Positions 57,331-64,000 of a DNA stretch of 64,000 nucleotides are shown piece after piece. Numbering within the stretch: position 1 is the stretch's first letter; the number at the start of each line of letters is the position of its first letter. Under the pieces are notes generated by a model, which was given only the letters and a program-made list of their open reading frames with translations, had not been told where the DNA came from and ran no database searches. The stretch comes from Candidatus Binatia bacterium (lineage in GTDB: Bacteria > Desulfobacterota > Binatia > Bin18): assembly GCA_965231775.1 (NCBI GenBank), contig OZ246888.1, positions 3,741,590-3,805,589 of the forward strand, given 5' to 3'. The translations under genes were made by a program, and so were the position numbers.

Positions 57331-57668
57331 ATATCCTCCACTGGCGTAAAGCGTTTGACGTCAAAGCCGTTAATCACGGCTGGATTTTGAAACATCTCCA
57401 CGGCGTTGGCCACTTCCATTAGGGACAGACTCAGATGGAACAGCCGCTCCGCCTCGGGCGGCAGGGCGTCGAGCGGCAAGGCGTTCAGATAGGCCATAGC
57501 GGCTTCCACGCGCACAGACATGCGGTCATAGAATGCCTGGATATCCTCCATGCTGCTGGTCAGGCGTTTGCTGGTCCGCTCGGGTTCCGTGGCGAGCGCC
57601 CAGTCGATAAAAGGCTCAAGATCGGCAAACTCGGCGGGCAGTGTCTGTGAGGTCACGGTCTGTTTTAC
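57327..57668 (-). CDS. hypothetical protein downstream of the Rieske oxygenase gene
   Basis: About 113 aa from a GTG start (VKQTVTSQTL). There is no recognisable domain. The long upstream ORF extension overlaps the Rieske gene and is unlikely to be translated. Confidence 0.3.
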   Translation of the reverse strand, partial: VKQTVTSQTLPAEFADLEPFIDWALATEPERTSKRLTSSMEDIQAFYDRMSVRVEAAMAYLNALPLDALPPEAERLFHLSLSLMEVANAVEMFQNPAVINGFDVKRFTPVEDI

Positions 57669-57714
57669 CCCCTCTCCCTCGCTCCGCTCGGTCGGCCCCC
57701 CAAGGGAAGGGGGG

Positions 57715-58893
57715 CTACGCCTCGGCGTAAAAGCGCTCCAGTACGGTGTGGAAATACCGGATCTGCATTTCTTCGTCCTGGAAATACAGCTCCTTCTTGG
57801 CCCGCGAGGCCAGCCCGATATGAATCTGTTCGTGGGCAGTGGCATCCTCTTGCAGAAGATCCCGGAGCAGGCATTTGAAATACTCCTGGCCGACGCGCTG
57901 GCCGGCGTTTTCGGCCGGACGAAAATAGATCTTGATATCCCAGTCGGTTCGATCGACCGCCTGTGGCCAGAAATTATAGGTCATATAGAAGTCGTGCGAG
58001 ACGCCGCGAAAGAGCAGCAGCGCCATATTGGGAAAGATCGTATAAAAGTCAAAAGAACCGATGCGGGGCAGGCGAGATTCGGCCTCGGCCACGCTGAACT
58101 GGGCGGCCAGCTTTTCGGTGGCCGGACCGACGCGACCCTCGTGCGGATCTGACGAATACACGCTGTGATGGTTGAACAGGCGGACGTCGAGCAGGCGCGT
58201 GAACTGCCCGTCTTTCAGCACGCAGAACTCGGGAATGGTCCGGCGGTGCTGAAACGGCAGATGATACAACTCGTTCTGAGCGTCAAGGGCGATTTTCCAG
58301 TTGGCGTGCTCGTCCACTTTATATCGTGTGCTCAGCGCCAGTTCTCCAAAGCCGCCACCCTCAAGCTGGTCGGCCACCCCGCCCAGATATTCCCGCAGGC
58401 TCTCGGGTGGACGCTCGGCCAGATGAATAAAGATAAAGCCTTCAAACACCTCGGTGTGGATGGGGGTCAGGCCCAGGTCGCACTTGGGCAGATCGAAAAA
58501 GTTCTCCTCATCCGGCACCCAGGTGAGGTCGCCCTTGGTGTTATACGCCCAGGCGTGAAAGCCGCAGGTGAGCGTGCCTTTACACGTACCCTTCTCATCC
58601 CAGACGAGCTTATTGCCGCGGTGTGAACACACGTTGTGAAAGCCGCGGACCTCGCCGTCCCTGCCCCGAATAATCAGGACCGAGGCGCGACACATAGTCA
58701 GGTCTTTGGCAATATAATCACCGGGGTTCGGAATCTCCTCGACCCGTCCGATATTCAGCCAGGTGCGTCGAAAAATTTTCTCCCGCTCCAGTTCAAAATG
58801 CTCCGGTGAAATCAGCGGCTCGGCCGCAACCGGGCCGGTGCCGATGTCCGGGTATTTTTCCGCCCAGCGTTTGTCAGCAACTACGGTTTGCAT
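57715..58893 (-). CDS. Rieske non-heme iron aromatic-ring-hydroxylating oxygenase alpha subunit
   Basis: The Rieske motif is 'CSHRG...CGFHAW' (CxH-X17-CxxH). A C-terminal catalytic domain follows. Confidence 0.75.
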   Translation of the reverse strand: MQTVVADKRWAEKYPDIGTGPVAAEPLISPEHFELEREKIFRRTWLNIGRVEEIPNPGDYIAKDLTMCRASVLIIRGRDGEVRGFHNVCSHRGNKLVWDEKGTCKGTLTCGFHAWAYNTKGDLTWVPDEENFFDLPKCDLGLTPIHTEVFEGFIFIHLAERPPESLREYLGGVADQLEGGGFGELALSTRYKVDEHANWKIALDAQNELYHLPFQHRRTIPEFCVLKDGQFTRLLDVRLFNHHSVYSSDPHEGRVGPATEKLAAQFSVAEAESRLPRIGSFDFYTIFPNMALLLFRGVSHDFYMTYNFWPQAVDRTDWDIKIYFRPAENAGQRVGQEYFKCLLRDLLQEDATAHEQIHIGLASRAKKELYFQDEEMQIRYFHTVLERFYAEA

Positions 58894-58929
58894 GCGACTG
58901 TCTCCTTACTGGCTCCTCCTGGCTCCTTC

Positions 58930-59982
58930 TTATCCGGCTACGGCCCGCATCTCGGTGGGGATCACGTCGCCGTCCTGCACAATGAGTTCGTCATCAAGAT
59001 ACAGCGTACAGCCCTTCATGGGCAGGTCCATATGGCAGGCCGTGTCGTTGCTCCCGCCGAGCTCGGTGTTGGGACCGGTAGAGAACAGGACGTTGCCGTA
59101 AAAGGCCCGCCCGTCCATGCCGACCGTGGGCGCGCCGGTGGCGAGGTAATCCCAGCGCGCGAGATCGTTCAGGCCCCAGCCGATGTGCGAGATGGCAAAC
59201 GCCCTGGGATCGTGAAAGCCATCCATATAATTCTTGACCAGCATGGCGTCAAAGCCACCGTTGATATCGACGATCATGCCGTCCCGAATGGTGAACGTGA
59301 CCGGCTCCTGGACGTATTTATTAAACGGAAACAGGATATCGCCGCGGTCCATGACGACCGTACCGTTGACCCCGGTCTCGCTGCCCTGGGTCGCCAGAAA
59401 TCCACCCGGCCAGTGGTCCCAGCGACCGGGGGTGTCCGTAAAGCCGTATTCGGTCAGAATCGGGAATTGCCCCAACTCGTAGCGCACGTCCGTTCCGGCC
59501 GGGTTGGTAAAGCGCAGATTTTGGGCTGTGGCCAAACGCGCTTCGGCCGCCTCGACACGCTCACGCAGGTCCTGGCTGGGAAAGAGACGCGACAGAACCT
59601 CAAAGGGTTCAACCACCAGCAGAATGCGGGTGTCCGCGGCCTGTATCTCCAGTTGCTCTTTTGAAAACAGCAGAAAAATGAGGTCCACGACCAGGTCCGC
59701 GCTTTTGAGGGCCTCAATGGCCGGCCGGTTCCCGGCCAAGGCATTCTGCCCCACCTCGCCGGACACGTTTTGCGTCCCGCCCGCGCCCCGTGCCGGCAGG
59801 TTGACGTTGAACACATCCACCCCCAACTCACGCGCCGCAATCATAAACGCCGACGCATACTCAAGCGCTTGTTCCGCCTCCGACAAAACCGCAATAGTTT
59901 CTCCCGGCTTCACTTTGCACAGTTCGAGTTCCTGCCGAAACAGACTCACCATCGTATTGGTCTGACTGATTGAGAGTGACAT
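58930..59982 (-). CDS. aminopeptidase-T-like (M29 fold) protein, NicX-like (paralog)
   Basis: 350 aa, collinear with 55736-56791. Confidence 0.4.
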   Translation of the reverse strand: MSLSISQTNTMVSLFRQELELCKVKPGETIAVLSEAEQALEYASAFMIAARELGVDVFNVNLPARGAGGTQNVSGEVGQNALAGNRPAIEALKSADLVVDLIFLLFSKEQLEIQAADTRILLVVEPFEVLSRLFPSQDLRERVEAAEARLATAQNLRFTNPAGTDVRYELGQFPILTEYGFTDTPGRWDHWPGGFLATQGSETGVNGTVVMDRGDILFPFNKYVQEPVTFTIRDGMIVDINGGFDAMLVKNYMDGFHDPRAFAISHIGWGLNDLARWDYLATGAPTVGMDGRAFYGNVLFSTGPNTELGGSNDTACHMDLPMKGCTLYLDDELIVQDGDVIPTEMRAVAG

Positions 59983-60206
59983 GACATTGCTCCTTTTATG
60001 AAAAACGTGAGGCGACCTGGGGTAGACAGCCTGTCCGCCTGCGGTTTCCGCCAGGCTGTTCGGGTGAGCGGGCCGGTAAGCCGCCGCCTTATGCTGTGGC
60101 GTACACCGTTCGCTTATGCTCTGTCAAGCAAAAGTCTTGACACCTTTTTCCCACACTGCCAGACTCACGCCGGAGAGTTGGCTCCCTCTTCAACGGGGAG
60201 AGGGGA

Positions 60207-62615
60207 ATGATGAGGGAACACACTATGGCAACCAGTCTGGCGGGTACGGGCAAGATGGTCGGCGCGGAGGTCAAGCGGGTTGAAGACCCGCGCATGCTCC
60301 TGGGCAAGAGTCAGTATGTGGACGATATCCACCTGCCCGATACTCTGGCGGTCGCCTTTGTCCGCAGCCCGTATGCCCACGCGCGGATTCTCGGCATTGA
60401 TACGAGTGCGGCTACGGCCCACCCCGGCGTCCAGGCGGTCATCTCCGGTGAGGATGTCGCAGATGCCATACCGCCGCTCCGGGTCGAGTTTGACCCAACA
60501 AATGCGCCCACTCACAAGTCCTGCGACTGGCCGGTCCTGGCTCGGGGAAAAGTCCGCTTTGTGGGTGAGATGGTGGTCGCCGTTATTGCCACCGATCGCT
60601 ATGTCGCCGAGGATGCCGCCGCGCTGGTCGAGGTCGAGTACGACCCGCTCGACACTCTCTGGGACATGGAACAGGCGCTGGAGCCGGACGCCCCGCTGGC
60701 ACATGAAGACTGGGGCGACAACGTCATGCAGACCCTGGAAGCCAGCATGGGCGAGGTCGATGCCGCGTTTCGGGCGGCTGACTGTGTGGTGGCTGAACGT
60801 TTTACAACAGGGCGTCACATGTCCCTGCCCATGGAGACGCGTGGCTGTCTGGCTACTTTTGATTCAGTGACGGACTCGCTGACGATCTGGTCCTCGACCC
60901 AAGTGCCGCATGTCCTCCGTTCAAACCTGGCGCTCTTATTAGACTTTCCCGAACACCATATCCGGGCCATCGCCCCGGACGTAGGCGGCGGTTTTGGACC
61001 CAAGGCGCATGTGTTTCCCGAGGAAGTCCTGACCGCCTTCTTCGCCCGTCGGTTTGGCTGCCCGATCAAGTGGATTGAAGATCGGCGCGAAAATCTGGCC
61101 GCCGCCATGCACGCCAAGCATCAAATTGTCGAGGCCGAACTCGCCCTGAAAAACGACGGGACCATCCTCGGTGTGAAAGCGCGCTTTCTGAACGACGTTG
61201 GTGCGTATTCCTGCTTTCCGTTTAGTTCTGCCCTGGAAGCCGGGCACGCAGCATCAGGGCTGCCCGGTCCGTATAAGCTCCCGGCCTATCGCTACGAGGC
61301 CGTCTCCATTGTCACCAATAAAGTCACCCTGGGTGCCTACCGCGGCGTGGGCCTGCCGATTGCCATCCTGGTCATGGAACGCTTGCTGAATCTTGGCGCG
61401 CAGCGGCTGGGGCTTGATCCGGCAGAACTCCGCCTGCGGAATATGATCCGCCAGGAAGATCATCCCTACACCACGATTGCCGGCGCAAAGATCGAAAGCG
61501 GGAGCCATCAGGAGTCCTTACAAAAGGCACTCGATATGCTGGGGTATGACAACTTCCGAGCGGAGCAGGAACAAGGCCGAAAAGCCGGCCGCTATCTTGG
61601 CGTGGGCCTGGGCTGTTACATAGAAGGTACGGCTCCTGGCTCTTCGTTTTTCAACCTCATGGGGATACAGGTGGGCGGCTATGAGTCGGCCACCGTCCGG
61701 ATGGATGTCAATGGGAAAGTCACCGTTTTGACCGGCTCTTCTTCACATGGTCAGGGTCATCAAACCACCCTCGCCCAAGTGGCAGCCGACGAATTAGGCG
61801 TGGCCGTGGCCGATGTGAAAATCGTGCAAAGCGACACCGCTCTTGTTCCCTATGGCTGGGGAACCTGGGGGAGCCGAACGGCGGTGACCAGTGGTGGGGC
61901 TATTATCAGAGCAGCGACGAAAATCCGGGAGAAGATTCTGCGGACGGCCTCACGGCTCAGCGAAATTCCTCCAGACGACCTGGAATTGGCGGGCGGCATG
62001 GTGGTCCGCAAACAGGACGGGACCACGCTCATGCCGATTAAGACGATCGCCTACCACGCCATCGTCGCACCCAGCAATTTAGCCCCAGAAGACGAACCAG
62101 GGCTGGAGGCAACCACGAATTATGAACCCCCGCCGGCAACGCATTCCAATGCGACTCACTTGGCAACGGTTGAGGTGGATGTTGAAACCGGGCAGATCAG
62201 CCTGCTGCGCTATATCGTTGTTGAGGACTGCGGCCGGATTATTAACCCCATCATTGTCGATGGACAAATTCAGGGCGGGGTCGCCCAGGGGATCGGCACG
62301 GCCATGTATGAACATGCCATCTACGACGAGAATGGACAGTTCTTAACCGGCACACTCATGGATTATCTCGTCCCTACAGCGCTAGACGTTCCGCGCGTCG
62401 AGATCGGTCACTTTGAAACGCCTTCACCCAACAGCCAGGGAGGAATCAAAGGGATAGGCGAAGGCGGGGCCATTGCGCCGCCGGCCGCGATTGCGAACGC
62501 GGTCGCCGATGCGCTCTCCCCGCTCGGGGTCCAGGTGAACGACATCCCGCTCACGCCGGAGCGGGTGTTGGCCGGTATCGAACGGGCGAGAAACGCGGCC
62601 GGGACACCCAACTAG
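60207..62615 (+). CDS. xanthine dehydrogenase/aldehyde oxidase-family molybdopterin-binding large subunit
   Basis: 802 aa. The N-terminus 'VKRVEDPRMLLGKSQYVDDI' and the Mo-centre motifs (GGGFG, CYIEGT, 'SSHGQGHQT') are present. No FAD or 2Fe-2S subunit genes are adjacent. Confidence 0.75.
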   Translation: MMREHTMATSLAGTGKMVGAEVKRVEDPRMLLGKSQYVDDIHLPDTLAVAFVRSPYAHARILGIDTSAATAHPGVQAVISGEDVADAIPPLRVEFDPTNAPTHKSCDWPVLARGKVRFVGEMVVAVIATDRYVAEDAAALVEVEYDPLDTLWDMEQALEPDAPLAHEDWGDNVMQTLEASMGEVDAAFRAADCVVAERFTTGRHMSLPMETRGCLATFDSVTDSLTIWSSTQVPHVLRSNLALLLDFPEHHIRAIAPDVGGGFGPKAHVFPEEVLTAFFARRFGCPIKWIEDRRENLAAAMHAKHQIVEAELALKNDGTILGVKARFLNDVGAYSCFPFSSALEAGHAASGLPGPYKLPAYRYEAVSIVTNKVTLGAYRGVGLPIAILVMERLLNLGAQRLGLDPAELRLRNMIRQEDHPYTTIAGAKIESGSHQESLQKALDMLGYDNFRAEQEQGRKAGRYLGVGLGCYIEGTAPGSSFFNLMGIQVGGYESATVRMDVNGKVTVLTGSSSHGQGHQTTLAQVAADELGVAVADVKIVQSDTALVPYGWGTWGSRTAVTSGGAIIRAATKIREKILRTASRLSEIPPDDLELAGGMVVRKQDGTTLMPIKTIAYHAIVAPSNLAPEDEPGLEATTNYEPPPATHSNATHLATVEVDVETGQISLLRYIVVEDCGRIINPIIVDGQIQGGVAQGIGTAMYEHAIYDENGQFLTGTLMDYLVPTALDVPRVEIGHFETPSPNSQGGIKGIGEGGAIAPPAAIANAVADALSPLGVQVNDIPLTPERVLAGIERARNAAGTPN

Positions 62616-62629
62616 AAGGAGGACAGATC

Positions 62630-63709
62630 ATGCAGTTCGGTGTGTGTGTAGCCACGAAAATCGACGACTGGCAGATGATCCAATATGCCGAAGAGCTGGG
62701 TTATGACCGAGCCTGGATTCCCGACTCGCAGATGATCTGGTCGGACTGCTACGCCACCCTGGCCCTGGCCGCCCAGCACACCTCACGTATCCGTATCGGG
62801 ACGGGCGTGGCCATCCCTGGGACGCGGCTCGCCCCGGTCACCGCCCACTCCATTGCTTCCATTAACCGCCTGGCGCCGGGCCGCGTCTTTTTGGGGATTG
62901 GCACCGGACATACGGCCATGCGGGTCATGGGTATGCAGCCGATGCGGATTCGAGACTTCCGCGAATACCTGCGGGTGGTCAGAACCCTCCTGCGGGGGGA
63001 AGAAGTCGAATACACCTATCATGACACGACGCGCACGATCCGTTTTCTGCATCAGGACTTACACTTCCTGAATCTGGACGATCCGATTCCGCTGATTGTC
63101 GCCGCCAACGGTCCCCGCGCCCTGAAAACCGCGGGCGAGCTCGGGGACGGCTGGGTCGCAGGGGTGAAACCCGGACCGGAGGCCTTTCTCGGCGACTGGT
63201 CCCAGGTCCAAACCGGGGCGGAACAGGCGGGCCGGACCCTGCCTGACGACTTCCATACCGCGGCTTTTACCACGGCCGTCGTACTGCAACCCGGAGAGTC
63301 ACTGACCTCGGAGCGGGTCATCGAGATGTGCGGTTCTCAGGTCGCCGCCATCATCCACTTTGTGTACGAAATCTATCAACAAACCGGCAGTGAGGAAGTC
63401 ATCCCCGCCGGCTATAGAGGCATCTGGGATGAATACTGCGCCCACGTCGAGCGGATGCAGACGCCGCCGGACAAGCGCTACCTCCAGCTTCACAACGGCC
63501 ACTGCACCTTTCTGGTGCCCGAAGAGCGCCGCTTTGTCACCCCTGAGGCAATCCAGGCAACCTGTCTGATCGGTGAGCCGGCGGCTATCATCGAGCAGCT
63601 CCGGGCGGTCGAAAAGGCCGGCCTGAAGGAAGTCACGCTCTTACCCCCCATGGCCGCCGCGCGCACGGTGTTCAAGGATTTCTCCGAGCAGGTCATGGCG
63701 CGCTACTAG
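62630..63709 (+). CDS. LLM-class F420-dependent oxidoreductase
   Basis: 'MQFGVCVA...YDRAWIPDSQ' and 'GRVFLGIGTGH' are luciferase-like TIM-barrel motifs. Confidence 0.7.
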   Translation: MQFGVCVATKIDDWQMIQYAEELGYDRAWIPDSQMIWSDCYATLALAAQHTSRIRIGTGVAIPGTRLAPVTAHSIASINRLAPGRVFLGIGTGHTAMRVMGMQPMRIRDFREYLRVVRTLLRGEEVEYTYHDTTRTIRFLHQDLHFLNLDDPIPLIVAANGPRALKTAGELGDGWVAGVKPGPEAFLGDWSQVQTGAEQAGRTLPDDFHTAAFTTAVVLQPGESLTSERVIEMCGSQVAAIIHFVYEIYQQTGSEEVIPAGYRGIWDEYCAHVERMQTPPDKRYLQLHNGHCTFLVPEERRFVTPEAIQATCLIGEPAAIIEQLRAVEKAGLKEVTLLPPMAAARTVFKDFSEQVMARY

Positions 63710-63773
63710 CGCCCGCGTCTGCACCGCTGCGCTTTTCGGCTGAGCCCGCATAAACATGCTATAAACTCGGGCA

Positions 63774-64000
63774 TGAAGCGGAAGAGACCCTTTGGTCCCG
63801 GCTTGCTCGTTGCGGCTGCTTTTATCGGCCCCGGGACGGTCACGACCGCCAGTGTCGCCGGAGCGCAGTTTGGGTTTGCCCTGGTGTGGGCGGTCGGGTT
63901 TTCCGTTTTTGCCACCCTCGTCCTACAGGAAATGGCGGCCCGACTCGGTATTGTTGCGCGCAGCGGACTGGGCGAAGCGCTGCGGACGGCTATTCAAACT
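63774..64000 (+). CDS. mntH: Nramp-family divalent metal transporter (3' end beyond window)
   Basis: 'GPGLLVAAAFIGPGTVTTASVAGAQFGFALVW' is the Nramp N-terminal consensus. The gene is truncated by the window edge. Confidence 0.6.

Noticed and set aside
1-64000. Global UGA reassignment (UGA as a sense codon throughout)
   Set aside because: Several well-supported genes in the window terminate at TGA with proper C-termini, e.g. the GST-like gene ending at 14784. UGA is therefore a normal stop here, and the in-frame UGA at 19463 is a local recoding event if real.
1-64000. CRISPR arrays, rRNA and tRNA genes
   Set aside because: I found no regularly spaced short direct-repeat array and no stretches with rRNA-like conservation or obvious tRNA cloverleaf sequences while reading. 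I cannot run tRNAscan, so a cryptic tRNA near the island junctions is not excluded.

Overview
This 64 kb window is a high-GC (roughly 62-65%) bacterial chromosomal segment densely packed with metabolic genes, most of them in paralogous families. I count five amidohydrolase-2 (ACMSD-like) genes and four luciferase-like (LLM) flavin/F420-type oxidoreductases. There are also several SDRs, two GSTs, two SfnB-type acyl-CoA-dehydrogenase-like flavoenzymes, two DUF1330 genes, two GFA genes and two NicX/M29-like genes. Other content includes a deazaflavin (F420)-dependent nitroreductase-family gene, TauD, OsmC, a DyP peroxidase, hisS, hpt, a tupABC-like tungstate/molybdate ABC transporter with an HTH-PBP regulator, a Rieske oxygenase, and a xanthine-dehydrogenase-family molybdopterin large subunit. 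A DUF1302/DUF1329 outer-membrane pair suggests a diderm host, and there is the 5' end of an Nramp transporter at the window edge.

The features that stand out are:
- A compact low-GC island of about 3.3 kb (32.1-35.7 kb). It carries a two-gene, same-strand module: a class II Fic-family protein followed by an OLD-family ATPase-TOPRIM nuclease. It is flanked by AT-rich non-coding DNA, a 10-bp direct repeat and tandem promoter repeats. This is a candidate undescribed defence or toxin module.
- An AhpD/carboxymuconolactone-decarboxylase-family gene whose catalytic C-x-x-C motif reads C-A-L-TGA, followed by a stem-loop. This is a candidate selenoprotein with a bacterial SECIS.
- An alpha/beta hydrolase interrupted by a second in-frame TGA.
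- A small lower-GC patch with a RelE/ParE toxin-antitoxin pair and a PD-(D/E)xK-like hypothetical protein.
- An alkyltransferase-like (ATL) MGMT homologue with Trp replacing the active-site Cys.
- An IS5-family (IS427-like) insertion sequence with a frameshifted transposase, sitting between hpt and a GFA gene.
- A sodium:solute symporter fused to C-terminal winged-helix domains.

I saw no rRNA, tRNA or CRISPR array. Coordinates I derived by reading the sequence myself (rather than from the ORF track) may be off by 1-2 nt.
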